Shown here: one piece after another, positions 33,710 to 43,794 of the stretch | How the letters are laid out: each line of letters begins with the position of its first letter | Numbering within the stretch: the first letter of the stretch is position 1 | Assembly: GCA_027886975.1 (NCBI GenBank) | Contig: JAPCJK010000001.1 | Location: 12,892-76,891 of the forward strand | Source: Nitrososphaerota archaeon | Lineage (GTDB): Archaea > Thermoproteota > Nitrososphaeria > Nitrososphaerales > Gagatemarchaeaceae | Direction: 5' to 3' | Length of the DNA stretch: 64,000 nt | Notes under the pieces: model-generated | What the model was told of the DNA's origin: nothing | The model's input: only the letters and a program-made list of their open reading frames with translations | Databases searched by the model: none | Made by a program: the position numbers and the translations under genes

Positions 33710-34102
33710 ATGACAACGACGGTCAAGGCGGAACTCGCCGAAGTCGTAGAATCGTGCTTGGGGGCACTCGCCCAGCAGGCAAAATTCGAACAGTCGCTTT
33801 ACTCGGACTTGAAGAGTGTTGAGAAGAGTATCAGGTGGTTCAGTAACCGAAGAGGTAACGAACCGGTCACAGTCGAAGTAGGAACAGAGATCGCGGAGCA
33901 TGTACGAAGGGCCATTGAAGCAATCCACCTGAGCGCACAAGGCGTGCATATTGTCCTGCTCCTCCTGCTGAAAGTGTCCTTGCTAGCTCAGCAAGAAACA
34001 AGCATGAACACCGAGGCCCTAGCAGAGGCCAAGAAGGAACTCGAATCCTGGTTTGAGCAGTGGACGACTACAAAGGAAGCCTGGGACCAGTACACTGAGT
34101 AG
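33710..34102 (+). CDS. Hypothetical protein
   Basis: 130-aa ORF, helical composition. No family recognised. Confidence 0.35.
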   Translation: MTTTVKAELAEVVESCLGALAQQAKFEQSLYSDLKSVEKSIRWFSNRRGNEPVTVEVGTEIAEHVRRAIEAIHLSAQGVHIVLLLLLKVSLLAQQETSMNTEALAEAKKELESWFEQWTTTKEAWDQYTE

Positions 34103-34702
34103 TCAGTTAAATCTGAACGTTGCAGAAATGGTCGTAGAGTTGGACTGCTGGAAGTTTTGCCCGTTCGTCCCCCAGAAGAGATTGAAATTCACGGTCACGG
34201 TGCCAGGCTGGACCAGCCTGAAGTGGTAGCCACTCCAGCACCCTGGCGTCACGGAAGTGTGGTTCTGGCCTGGGTTGACCGGCGCAATGAACTCTGCGCA
34301 TGCGCACACAGGTCCTGATGAGACCTTCTGAAGCACAGGAGAATTCGCCGGTAAAGTAGCGGTAAGTCCGCTTCCACAGCCGCTTATGACGTAGACCGGA
34401 GAGGTGCCCACATTCTCGAAGAGGACGGTGAAGGTGACGATCCTCTCGCTGCCCGTGCCCTGGTATACAGTCGCTCGCACGTCATCTATCTTGACTTGAT
34501 TGTTCGGCGAATAGGAGAATGAACCAGTCGTAGTGCAAGTGGTGGAAGTCGTCGAAGTGATAGTAGTCGAGGAGCCGTTGGTTGTTGAGGGCTGAAGCGC
34601 AGAGGGCAGGTATATGGCCGCCCCGGCCACGATGATCAGTCCTACTGCGGCGACTGCCAACCACCTCATCGTAAGCATCAATCCATCTTCGCCCAATCCC
34701 AT
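34103..34702 (-). CDS. Secreted/anchored hypothetical protein with a Ser/Thr stalk
   Basis: The real start is probably one of the Met codons at 34702, 34678 or 34669. 'MRWLAVAAVGLIIVAGAAIY' is followed by 'STTNGSSTTITSTTSTTCTTTGS' and then a Cys-containing beta-rich domain. Confidence 0.5.
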   Translation of the reverse strand: MGLGEDGLMLTMRWLAVAAVGLIIVAGAAIYLPSALQPSTTNGSSTTITSTTSTTCTTTGSFSYSPNNQVKIDDVRATVYQGTGSERIVTFTVLFENVGTSPVYVISGCGSGLTATLPANSPVLQKVSSGPVCACAEFIAPVNPGQNHTSVTPGCWSGYHFRLVQPGTVTVNFNLFWGTNGQNFQQSNSTTISATFRFN

Positions 34703-34843
34703 CTTCTCCCCGGTGGTTAATAGTCCCAACGACGCGAACGACTCGTGTCCCGTCCGTTCCGTTCCTTGCTTTTGAGACAGCAAGATGAGACATTGTTGAA
34801 CCAGAGATGTCAGGCTTAAGAACGAGCGTCCGAAAGAAGGCGT

Positions 34844-35704
34844 TTGTTGGACCCGGAGAAAGCCTGCCTGGTTAACTGCGAGCTTTTTGGCAAACACGCA
34901 GGGCTCTTCGAATCGGCAATCGTCCCACTCTGGCAAGGAGTCTACGATTCACTCGTCCAAAGGGCTCGAATTGCCGAAGCCTCCAGAGTCTTGGACGTAG
35001 GCACAGGGACCGGGGAGGTGGCGCTACGCCTCGGCCGTCTAGTGGGGCGGAAGGGCCGTGTGGTCGGAATCGACGCCCAGCCCGAGATGCTCCAGATAGC
35101 CATGCGCAAAGCGAAGGGCGACGGTTCTGGCAACGTCGAATTCAAACAAATGCCGATGGAGGAAATCAAACTTCCAGATGATTCGTTCGATTCGGTGGTC
35201 GGGAATTACTCTTTGTGCTGCTGCATGGACTACGAGGCCACACTCACCGAGTGTCGCAGGGTGCTGAAGCCGGGGGGACGGCTGACATACAACCACGGCG
35301 GGCCTTCCGACCCGCTGGCATACCAGGTAATCACCAGGATTTTCGAGGATTACAAGACGACGACCCCGACCAAGAAATTGAGCGAAATTCGAGAGGCATC
35401 AGCTCTCCAGTCAGAGGCGGTCCAGAAGTACAGGGATCCCATGGTAACCTTGGACACCTTGAGGAGCATCGGTTACGGCGAGGCGGAGGCCACGGTCACC
35501 CAGCGTGTCATCGATTACAAGGACGCCGGAAGCTTTGTCGACGAATGGATTTCCTTTGATTGGAGCTCCGAGGTCGAAGAAATTCCATCTCCTGAAATGA
35601 AAGTCTTCAGGAAAGAAGCCATTGAGGCTCTTCGCCCCTTGTCCAAGGTAGAGGGTTTCAGGGTCGAGGCCGACGAGGTCTTCTTCACCGGTTTGAAGCG
35701 TTGA
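34844..35704 (+). CDS. Class I SAM-dependent methyltransferase
   Basis: 286 aa. Motif I 'VLDVGTGTGEVA', post-I 'VVGIDAQPEML', and 'LKPGGRL'. Confidence 0.8.
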   Translation: MLDPEKACLVNCELFGKHAGLFESAIVPLWQGVYDSLVQRARIAEASRVLDVGTGTGEVALRLGRLVGRKGRVVGIDAQPEMLQIAMRKAKGDGSGNVEFKQMPMEEIKLPDDSFDSVVGNYSLCCCMDYEATLTECRRVLKPGGRLTYNHGGPSDPLAYQVITRIFEDYKTTTPTKKLSEIREASALQSEAVQKYRDPMVTLDTLRSIGYGEAEATVTQRVIDYKDAGSFVDEWISFDWSSEVEEIPSPEMKVFRKEAIEALRPLSKVEGFRVEADEVFFTGLKR

Positions 35705-35799
35705 AGGAAGTTAAGCCTCGTCTGGTGCCGTAACAAACGTGTGCCCTGAACGAAGGCATAATTACAGGAGAGGGGCACTGGGGCCGAAGCAGACCTCAG

Positions 35800-36198
35800 T
35801 TGGTCAGCGCCACAAGAGCCGCCGCCACGATATTGGGAATCGCAGCCGGGTTGCTAGGCACCTTCCACGGATACAACGAAACGCTTCAGGGCAGCACGAC
35901 CCCGAGCGGCATTCTCATCAACGCGATCGGTCCTCCTTGCCAGGGGAACGCATGTTTTCCTGCCATGACGGTCGTCCCCAACTTTTTCTACACTGGCGTG
36001 CTGGCGATCATCGTCTCGCTATTCATCCTGCTCAAAGCCGTGGCATTCGTTCAGAGGAAGAACAGTGGTCTATGGATGATTGGGCTGTCGATAGTGCAAC
36101 TTCTGGTTGGAGGAGGGTTTCTTCCGCCCCTCCATGGCCTTGCGTCGGGAATCATTAGCACCAGAATCAAACGGAACGCCCCAGTCGTTGGGTCCTAG
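35800..36198 (+). CDS. Small integral membrane protein, unknown function
   Basis: 132 aa with 3-4 hydrophobic segments. Confidence 0.45.
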   Translation: MVSATRAAATILGIAAGLLGTFHGYNETLQGSTTPSGILINAIGPPCQGNACFPAMTVVPNFFYTGVLAIIVSLFILLKAVAFVQRKNSGLWMIGLSIVQLLVGGGFLPPLHGLASGIISTRIKRNAPVVGS

Positions 36199-36231
36199 TC
36201 GCTTCCTCGGGAAGAGACCCTCGCGGAGTTC

Positions 36232-37281
36232 GTGGGCTTCATGACCTCTCCCCCAATGAAGAAGCCTAATCGCATCATGATTGGCCTGGTCCTTCTCTCG
36301 CTGGTTGTGGCTTCGGTGCTCATCTATCTTTGGGCACCTTCTTTTGCCTCTCGTTATGGCAGGATTGCAGACAGCCCCATAGCGGGTCAACGCAACTCGG
36401 GGCAGGCGGATGCGGGCTCGGACATCTTCAACGGCAACCTCTACGTCGTAGGCGGTTATGGTTACGGGGCCAATGATAGATTGGATTCGGTTTCAATATT
36501 TTCGTCAACAAACGGGACCTGGAGCGTTGGACCCAGGTATCCGGTCAGAGCTTGGGGCCTGGCGTGCGCAGCATTGGGGAAGTCCCTCTATTGCTTTGGC
36601 GGGCTCGGTGCGGGTCCTAGAGTCTTCAAGCTCGAAGGGGACTCGAAGTCATGGATTCGCTTGAAGGACATGCCAAGCGGATACAACAATTCCCAAGGAC
36701 ACGTCGCGATTCCTGATCCCGTAGGGAATCAGATTCTAATCATGGGCTCCTCGAATGATTTGCTCGTCTCCAACAATACCTGGGCGTACCAAATTGACAC
36801 CGACAGTTATGTCCGGAAGCATGACATGCCGCAGGGGAATGCTTGGTTCACAGCAGCTCTGTTCCACGGAACCATCTATACCTTCGGTGGAAGCCTTCGA
36901 TTCCAACCAATCGGAAACACGATTTACGCCTACGATGTCAACAACGATTCATGGAAACAGTTGAGCACGAAGCTCCCGGGGCCGGCCAGATACGGGATGA
37001 TCAGGAACCCAGGCGTAATTGACGGAATCGTTCCAATCGTGGATGGCTATGCTAGCGGCTCGTCATTCTACAACCTGACGTACTTCTACGACGTCCAGAA
37101 GGATTCATTCGTCAGAGGTACTGACACCCTACTCCCCCGGGACGGAATTACAGGAGGAATCATCGGTCACGACCTGCTTGTGACGGGAGGGCGAAACGTC
37201 CGAGGCTCAATACTGAGTCCCCTCATGGGATTGAGGTTCGCTGAGAAGTTGGACCTGGACCCTTACCTGGCGTTTGCATAG
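36232..37281 (+). CDS. Kelch-repeat beta-propeller protein with N-terminal anchor
   Basis: 349 aa. N-terminal helix, then repeated 'LYVVGGY', 'LYCFGG', 'IYTFGG' and 'LLVTGG' blades. Confidence 0.65.
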   Translation: MGFMTSPPMKKPNRIMIGLVLLSLVVASVLIYLWAPSFASRYGRIADSPIAGQRNSGQADAGSDIFNGNLYVVGGYGYGANDRLDSVSIFSSTNGTWSVGPRYPVRAWGLACAALGKSLYCFGGLGAGPRVFKLEGDSKSWIRLKDMPSGYNNSQGHVAIPDPVGNQILIMGSSNDLLVSNNTWAYQIDTDSYVRKHDMPQGNAWFTAALFHGTIYTFGGSLRFQPIGNTIYAYDVNNDSWKQLSTKLPGPARYGMIRNPGVIDGIVPIVDGYASGSSFYNLTYFYDVQKDSFVRGTDTLLPRDGITGGIIGHDLLVTGGRNVRGSILSPLMGLRFAEKLDLDPYLAFA

Positions 37282-38069
37282 AGGCAATGCGCCCCCCCTG
37301 AAAGTCGGGTCCAAAGCCTATGAGTAATCACGAGGACAGCTGCCGGAAGAGAAAGCTGTCCGAGAAGCAATAGGATCGGCCCGTAATGCTGGACATTTGG
37401 GATTAACAATAGCGCTCCGATTCCATCCCAATAAGCGTGCAAAAGGATTACCGCCACCAGATTCCTCCCGGTGTACCAGTAGCACGCGCTAAGTGAGACG
37501 GCGCCGATGAAGATTTGGAAGAATCCGAGTGCAGAGACAACACCGAAGCCTTCCACCTGAAGAGCGGGAAGATGGAACAGTGAATAAAGTAGTGCTGAGA
37601 CAGTGACCACGCCGGTTCCGACTCCAAGAATTTGGCCAAGCTCGTTCATTAGATACGCTCTGAAGAAAAACTCCTCGGCCAAGACGATGAACATCAAATT
37701 GAGAAGACCGCGCAGGAATCCTTGCAAGTCAGGGTAGCATGCGAACCCGCCCCCACCGCCGATACAGAGATTGAATGGGGATAGGCCCAGCCCGAAATAC
37801 GCGGTCAAAGTCACAAGAAGAAGTGCGGCTATGACAAGTTCGAATGCCGCAACTCTACCCTTCGACTGGATGCGACGCAGGTATCCACATCTCCAGAGCC
37901 AGAACAACGAAACTAGAATCAGAGAAACAGCCACGAAAAGTGTCTGATTCGGAATGATGACCGGCTCAAGGGGCCCTAGGTACGAAGGCGCCGAATTCGT
38001 CAAGTAGACCAAAACGAAACCGATTGCGAGGGCTAACGCAAGCCGAGCGGTCTGACGGACATGGGTCAA
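37263..38069 (-). CDS. CPBP (CAAX/Abi) family intramembrane metalloprotease
   Basis: 'LAEEFFFRAYL', 'YSLFHL' and 'LLHAYWD' are CPBP motifs 1-3. I chose TTG 38069..38067, which overlaps the upstream ATPase stop (TTGA). The track ORF runs to 38204. Confidence 0.75.
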   Translation of the reverse strand: MTHVRQTARLALALAIGFVLVYLTNSAPSYLGPLEPVIIPNQTLFVAVSLILVSLFWLWRCGYLRRIQSKGRVAAFELVIAALLLVTLTAYFGLGLSPFNLCIGGGGGFACYPDLQGFLRGLLNLMFIVLAEEFFFRAYLMNELGQILGVGTGVVTVSALLYSLFHLPALQVEGFGVVSALGFFQIFIGAVSLSACYWYTGRNLVAVILLHAYWDGIGALLLIPNVQHYGPILLLLGQLSLPAAVLVITHRLWTRLSGGAHCLYANAR

Positions 38070-39043
38070 GCCGTTGGCGTTGGTTTGAATTCCTTTGGAT
38101 AAAGATGGCAGTCGCACCAGTGCTGGGGGGCGACTTCGAGAAGTGGTGGATCGACCGTCTTGCAGACATCCATGACGTGCGAGCATCGTGGATTGAAGCT
38201 GCAACCAGGGGGGAGGTCCAGGGCCCCTGCGATTTCACCCATGCTCTGAATCTTCTCGGGCTTCGCCGCTTCTTCCGCGTCGGTGACGACAGGGATGGAC
38301 GAAAGGAGCATTCGAGTGTAGGGATGCAATGGGTTCCGAAAGAATTCCTCTGTGGCGGCCACTTCCCTGACCTTGCCGAGGTACATTATCATCACCCGGT
38401 CAGATACGTTCCTCATCAGACTGAGGTTGTGCGTGATGAACACGTAGGTGAGTCCAAGCTTGTCCTTGAGTCTCATGAGGACGTTGATAATCTTCGCCTG
38501 GATGGAGACGTCGAGAGCGGAAGTCGGTTCGTCAAGAACGACGAGCGACGGATTGGTAGCAAGCGCCCTAGCGATGGCAACCAGCTGTTTCTCGCCTCCC
38601 CCGAGCTCCTCAGGGTACCGGTCCGCGTACTCGACTGGAAGTTCCACGAGCTCGAGAAGCTCGTACACCCTCTGCCTCACAGACTGGCCCCCGCGGTTGA
38701 CTTTGAGTGGGACTTCGAGCGCTTGTTTGACCGATCGTTTCGGGTTGAGAGAGGACGCAGGGTTCTGGAAGACCATCTGAATCTCCCTCTTCATTTGGAC
38801 CGGCCTATCTTTTGCCCTGCTTGGAAGAGGCTTGCCGTTGAAGATAATCTGCCCGGAAGTCGGTGGATATACACCCATTATCATGTTGCCTAGGGTCGTC
38901 TTCCCCGAGCCAGATTCGCCCACCACCCCCAGGACCTCGCCCTTCTGAATTTCAAAATCAACCTCGTCCACTGCCTTTATGACTCCGCCCTTCGCCGGGA
39001 AATACTTCTTCAGGCCCTCTCCGGTCATGATCGGCGAATTCAT
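38066..39043 (-). CDS. Peptide/nickel-type ABC transporter ATP-binding protein (OppF/DppF-like)
   Basis: 325 aa. Walker A 'GESGSGKTT', Walker B 'LVVLDEPTSALD', and the C-terminal oligopeptide-transporter 'HPYT' extension. Confidence 0.9.
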   Translation of the reverse strand: MNSPIMTGEGLKKYFPAKGGVIKAVDEVDFEIQKGEVLGVVGESGSGKTTLGNMIMGVYPPTSGQIIFNGKPLPSRAKDRPVQMKREIQMVFQNPASSLNPKRSVKQALEVPLKVNRGGQSVRQRVYELLELVELPVEYADRYPEELGGGEKQLVAIARALATNPSLVVLDEPTSALDVSIQAKIINVLMRLKDKLGLTYVFITHNLSLMRNVSDRVMIMYLGKVREVAATEEFFRNPLHPYTRMLLSSIPVVTDAEEAAKPEKIQSMGEIAGALDLPPGCSFNPRCSHVMDVCKTVDPPLLEVAPQHWCDCHLYPKEFKPTPTA

Positions 39044-40017
39044 TTGGAACGATGCCCTTCATCGTATAGAAAACAAGCGGCTTTCTGGTCAGTTCCGGCC
39101 TTATACATTCGCGGGACCTGGTCGCACACCTCCATCCTGTAGGGACATCTGGTGACGAACCTGCAGCCTGAAGGAGGAGTAAGATAGCTGGGCACTTGGC
39201 CAAGTATGCCCTCAGGCACTCCACCGCCGGTGAGTTTCGGCACCGCCTTGATCAGCATCTGGGTGTAGGGATGCTGCGGGTTGTTGAATACCTCTTTGGT
39301 AGGCCCTTCTTCGACTATCGTCCCCGCATACATCACATAGATCCTGTCCACGAAGTTCTTGACCGTCCCGAGGGCGTGGGTGATGAGTATGACCGAGATC
39401 TCCTTCTCCTCCACGATTTTCTTGAGAAGCCTCATGATTTGGTCTTCGATGGTGACGTCGAGTGAGGTCCCGGGTTCGTCAGCGATCAGTAACTCGTTCG
39501 CCGAGACGAGGGCCATTGCGATGCTGACGCGCTGTTTCATTCCTCCGCTCAACTGAAACGGGTAGCTGTCGAGAATCCTTTCAGGTTCCGGGAGCGCGGC
39601 TTCCTTCAGATACTTCAGGGCTCCTTCGTGCGTCTCCTCCTTCGACAAGCGTGTGTCTGCCGAGAACTTGATGATGTCGTAGAGCTGCTGTCTGATTGTG
39701 AAGACGGGGTTAAGCGCGGCGGATGGGTCCTGAAAGATCATTGACATCTTCTTCCGTCTCAAGTCCCTGAGTCTCCCTTTCGCCATTGTGAGGACGTCCT
39801 CGCCGGCGTACCTCACCTCCCCTCCCGCTATCTTCGCGTTGCTTGCGAGGAGCCTCATTACAGACTTGACTGTAGTTGTCTTCCCGCAGGCAGATTCTCC
39901 AATGATTCCGACCTTCTCCCCCTTTTCGAGAGAGATGTTGACTCCATTGAGTACCTTGAGCGTTCCTTCGTAGACGCGGTAGTTGACCCTCAGGTCCTTC
40001 ACTTCAAGGAGGGGCAC
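39040..40017 (-). CDS. Peptide/nickel-type ABC transporter ATP-binding protein (OppD/DppD-like)
   Basis: 325 aa. Walker A 'GESACGKTT', signature 'LSGGMKQRV', Walker B 'LLIADEPGTSLD', and 'HPYT'. 4-nt overlap with the next gene. Confidence 0.9.
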   Translation of the reverse strand: MPLLEVKDLRVNYRVYEGTLKVLNGVNISLEKGEKVGIIGESACGKTTTVKSVMRLLASNAKIAGGEVRYAGEDVLTMAKGRLRDLRRKKMSMIFQDPSAALNPVFTIRQQLYDIIKFSADTRLSKEETHEGALKYLKEAALPEPERILDSYPFQLSGGMKQRVSIAMALVSANELLIADEPGTSLDVTIEDQIMRLLKKIVEEKEISVILITHALGTVKNFVDRIYVMYAGTIVEEGPTKEVFNNPQHPYTQMLIKAVPKLTGGGVPEGILGQVPSYLTPPSGCRFVTRCPYRMEVCDQVPRMYKAGTDQKAACFLYDEGHRSK

Positions 40018-40025
40018 CTAGACAC

Positions 40026-40904
40026 TCACGAGATTCCTGACGAGAACATGTCGTTGATTCCGTCCCCAAGGAGATTGAAACCCAAGATTACTACGACTAT
40101 GGCGAACGCAGGGAAGATGCTTATCCACCATTGTGCTGGCAGATATGCCGCTCCTTCGGCGATCATCGTGCCGAGGTCAGGTGTCGGAGCTTGCGCTCCC
40201 AGCCCGACGTAGCTGAGTGAGGCACCTATCAGGATGACCCAGCCGCAGTCCAATGTTACTTTCGTTAGGATTGAGCCCAGTGAGTTCGGAAGTATTTCTT
40301 TGAACATTATGTGCCATCTGCTGGCCCCCACCAACTCGGCTGCACGAACGTAGTCCTCGTTCCTGATCGATGACGAAGAACTGTAGACCAGCCTGGTGTA
40401 CCAGGGCCACCAGGCCAGAGAGACCGCCAGCATCGCGTTGACAGCACTCGGGGTGAGCACCGAAGCCACTGACAGCGCGAGAAGCAGAGGCGGAACCGCC
40501 ACGAAGACGTCGGCGAGCCTCATTATCACGACGCTGATCCCCCTCCCATTGTAGTACCCCGCAATCAGACCCAGGATGACTCCTGGCGCCACGCTGATTG
40601 AGAGAACTACGACCATCAGCATCAGGGAGTATTGGAACCCGAACATGATGCGACTGAATATGTCACGCCCAATCTCCTCCGTGCCGAATACGTGAGTTCC
40701 AGAGGGGGCTTGGCCCGCAGCCGCGAAGTTGACGAACAGACCTGCGTTGCTAGGATAGGGAGATAACCATGGCGCGAAGAGCGCGATGAAGATGACCGCG
40801 ATGATTGCGGCCAGTCCAATGATAGACAGCTTGTTTCGTCTGAACTTGTACCAGTATCTCCCGTACCTTTCAGAGAGACTCCTCCCCGACTTCAGGTTAT
40901 TCAC
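40026..40904 (-). CDS. Peptide ABC transporter permease (OppC/DppC-like)
   Basis: I chose GTG 40904..40902, an 8-nt overlap with the upstream permease stop. The track ORF extends to 40958. 'GTEEIGRDIFSR' is the typical DppC N-terminal loop, and an EAA-like loop is present. Confidence 0.85.
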   Translation of the reverse strand: MNNLKSGRSLSERYGRYWYKFRRNKLSIIGLAAIIAVIFIALFAPWLSPYPSNAGLFVNFAAAGQAPSGTHVFGTEEIGRDIFSRIMFGFQYSLMLMVVVLSISVAPGVILGLIAGYYNGRGISVVIMRLADVFVAVPPLLLALSVASVLTPSAVNAMLAVSLAWWPWYTRLVYSSSSSIRNEDYVRAAELVGASRWHIMFKEILPNSLGSILTKVTLDCGWVILIGASLSYVGLGAQAPTPDLGTMIAEGAAYLPAQWWISIFPAFAIVVVILGFNLLGDGINDMFSSGIS

Positions 40905-41950
40905 CGCTTCTCCCTCGCAGCCTAATCCGTGGGTCAAGGTACCCAACGACCAAGTCAACGAGGATGTTGGCTACAGCGAACATGATTCCGGCCACAAGGA
41001 CCACGGCCACGATCGCGTTCAGGTCCTTGCTCAGCATCGCATTGAGGCCGTATCTCGAAAACCCTGGCCAGTTGAAAATCAGCTCTATGAGGAATGCGTT
41101 CCCTATCTGTGCCGAAATGTCGAGTGCGTAGATGGTGATGGTAGGAATGAGCGACGGCTTCATTAGATACTTCAGGGCGATGGTCCTCTCCGGAAGGCCG
41201 TGGGAGATTTCCGAGAGGGTGTAGTCGCTGTGGAGGTTTTCTACCACTGCCGAGCGCATTATCCTTGCTTCCTGCGCAATCGGGCCGAGAGCAAGGGCGA
41301 AGGCGGGCAGAACCAGATGCCAGAGCGCATCTCCGAAGGCCCCGAAGTTCCCGGTGAGCAGTGAGTCGATCGTGTAAAGTCCCGTGATGGTCGGTGGAGG
41401 AGCAGTGGTTTGGCTCAGCCTCCCAATGATGGGGAATAGGTGCGTTCCGTACCCCAGGGAGATTTGAAGCAGCACGGCGACGACAAAGGATGGGATAGCT
41501 ATGCCAATGTACGACAGGATTCTCACGCCGTTGTCGACCGCAGAGTTGGCGTATCTTCCTGCTACGAGGCCGAGCGGCACAGCAATCAGCAGATCGATTA
41601 TGGCTGCAACCGCAATCAGTTCTACCGTGGAGGGCAGGAACTCCTGCACATCAAGCAGAACGTTTCGCTGCGTGAAGAGGGCAATGCCCCAGTCTCCAGT
41701 GAATATCCCTTGGACCCAGTAGAAGTATTGGACGAAAATCGGGTCGTTCAGATGCATCTGGGCCCGTAGCGCGTCCACCACCGCTTGCGGAACGCGGGGC
41801 CCCAGCGCAAGCCTTGCGGGGTCGCCCGGGAGGACTCTGGCTATTACGAAAATCAGTATTGAAAGGCCCGCCAGAGAAATCGCAGAGTAACCAATCCTCT
41901 TCAGGATGAAGGACCACGAGCTTCCGCGGATGTTCGTCCTAGGCCGCCAT
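40897..41950 (-). CDS. Peptide ABC transporter permease (OppB/DppB-like) with an anomalous 5' end
   Basis: The track gives 294 aa from GTG 41781. The same frame stays open upstream to the stop at 41982..41980. It encodes 'WSFILKRIGYSAISLAGLSILIFVIARVLPGDPARLALGP', the canonical DppB N-terminus, with no ATG/GTG/TTG. An ATG at 41950..41948, after GGGAGG, is one base out of frame. Confidence 0.78.
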
Positions 41951-42019
41951 CCTCCCGTCAGCGCGGGATAATCTTGGCCTCACCACGCGATCGAACAAAA
42001 ATAGGGCCGCACTAGGTCG

Positions 42020-43717
42020 TTAGCCCAGTGCGGAAAGCTGCGATGGGAAGAACTGGAAGTCCCTGAAGTAGAAGTCATACCCCAACAAGGGGATCGGGTG
42101 ACCGTTGGCTGCATACCAGTTGACGACGGTTGGATAGTAGGCCCTTGCCTCATAGACATCGAAGGCGTAGATGGTCGGATATTGGTTGTAGATTTGTGTT
42201 TGGACACCGGCGTAGGCCTGGAAGCGAGCGGTCTGGTCTAGGGTGGACAAAGCGCTGGAGACGAGATGGTCAAGGGTCGAGTTCTGGAGCCATTCGTTCT
42301 GCTCCCAAGTCCCAACCGACGCCGAGGTGTACCTTGACTGAAGGACCGAGCCAGCCTCGAAGTAGCTCGCGCCGTCCTCAATCGAAACTACGTTGGGGGC
42401 ACTTGCTTGCTTGGCCAGGTCTGCTACCACTGTCAACCATGGTTGTTGGAGTACTTGGACGGTTATCCCGATCTGCTGCATGTCCGAAGCGAATTGGAGT
42501 GCCAGCTTCTGCTCTGCGGGGACCTCGGAGACCCAGAAGTACTTCACTGGGTAGTCTCCCAGGTGGCCGGCGTACTTCGATTTGGCTATGGTCTGTTTGG
42601 CTAGCGCAATGTTCTGCGCTGAAGCTGGGATGTTCGAGTTATGGCCTGGCAAAGAGGTTGGGACAGGACCTGCCGAGGGCTTGGACCCTTGGAAGATGTT
42701 GTTGACGATGGCCGAGTAGTTGAGAGCCTGAGACATTGCCTGCCTGACGTAGACGTCGTCCGTGGGGGCCGCCTTTGTGTTGAGCATCAGGTACATCTCA
42801 TTGACTGTCGGGATGGTGGCCAGTTTGGCTCCATTGCCCTGGGCGAGTGCAATAATGGTGGAATACGGCTGCCACTGGTCAGTTATCTGAATCTGATGGC
42901 TGCTGAAGAGGGCCTGTGTTGAGGATGTGCTCCCCAACATTTGAACAGTGCTTGGCTGATTCGGCTGGGTACCATTCCAGTAGCCGGTGAACGCCGAGAA
43001 GGTCATCGAAGACTCCAGGTTGGCTGCTGAAATCGAATAAGGACCCGAACCGGCGTCGTGCGTGAGCAACCATGCCGACCCGTAGTCCTTGTTGCTCCCA
43101 TATTGTGTTCCAGTAGCGACTTCGTTGGCTTCCACCTGCTTTTGGTCGAGGACGTACAGTCGCACCAGTGCCGTAAGGAACGGGCCGAACGACTGTTTCA
43201 GCTTGATGACCACTGTCGAGCTATCGGAGGCGGTGATGCTGGCAATGTAGGGCGCGAAAAGATACGAGTATCCTTGTCCGATTGTTGTCAGCCTGTTCAT
43301 CGAGAACGCTACGTCGCTCGCACTCAGCGTATCCCCGTTGTGGAACTTCACGCCTTGCCTGATTGTGAATGTGTAGGTCAGACCGTCGCTGGAAACCTGC
43401 CAGTTTGTCGCCAAGTCATGCTGAAGGGTTCCCGCTGACGTTGGAAAGACCAGGGTGTCGTACACGTTGGCAAGCGCTGCCGAGCCAGCTTCGTCCGAAC
43501 CCACGGCTGGGTCAGCCTTGGGGACGTTTGCGAACGTTATGCTCAGAGTGCCAGAGGCCAACGCTCCTGTCGTCGATGATGTGGTGTGGGCGGGAGGAGT
43601 GCTGGTGGTTGAAAGATAGTATGCTGAGACTCCTACGACCGCTAGAAGGACGATGATGACAACTACTGCTGTCATTCTGCCTATTGCAGTTCTTTCATGT
43701 AGGCCCAGTATTTTCAT
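42020..43717 (-). CDS. ABC transporter substrate-binding protein, family 5 (peptide/nickel type), membrane-anchored
   Basis: 565 aa. N-terminal helix plus an 'STTSTPPAHTTSSTTG' stalk, then an SBP_bac_5-like body ('YTFTIRQGVKFHNGD'). Confidence 0.85.
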   Translation of the reverse strand: MKILGLHERTAIGRMTAVVVIIVLLAVVGVSAYYLSTTSTPPAHTTSSTTGALASGTLSITFANVPKADPAVGSDEAGSAALANVYDTLVFPTSAGTLQHDLATNWQVSSDGLTYTFTIRQGVKFHNGDTLSASDVAFSMNRLTTIGQGYSYLFAPYIASITASDSSTVVIKLKQSFGPFLTALVRLYVLDQKQVEANEVATGTQYGSNKDYGSAWLLTHDAGSGPYSISAANLESSMTFSAFTGYWNGTQPNQPSTVQMLGSTSSTQALFSSHQIQITDQWQPYSTIIALAQGNGAKLATIPTVNEMYLMLNTKAAPTDDVYVRQAMSQALNYSAIVNNIFQGSKPSAGPVPTSLPGHNSNIPASAQNIALAKQTIAKSKYAGHLGDYPVKYFWVSEVPAEQKLALQFASDMQQIGITVQVLQQPWLTVVADLAKQASAPNVVSIEDGASYFEAGSVLQSRYTSASVGTWEQNEWLQNSTLDHLVSSALSTLDQTARFQAYAGVQTQIYNQYPTIYAFDVYEARAYYPTVVNWYAANGHPIPLLGYDFYFRDFQFFPSQLSALG

Positions 43718-43794
43718 CTGTGTCGCGCTTGAAGCCCCGAGGATTATTTAGGGGTTATCGGGGGCCTCGATGAAGCGATACGACTGGCCGCGGG

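Noticed and set aside
38024-38893. A 289-aa plus-strand ORF. Similar long antisense ORFs occur at 44008..44970, 46205..46816, 42130..42705 and 28645..29184.
   Set aside because: All lie antisense to strongly supported genes (ABC ATPase, HyuB, HyuA, SBP, DUF5679/MOSC region) and have Arg/His/Pro-skewed composition typical of non-coding frames.
41651-41917. An 88-aa minus-strand track ORF upstream of the DppB-type permease.
   Set aside because: It is a different frame over the region that, in the permease frame, encodes the conserved TM1/'PGDP' N-terminus. Its translation is Gly/Pro/Arg-rich.
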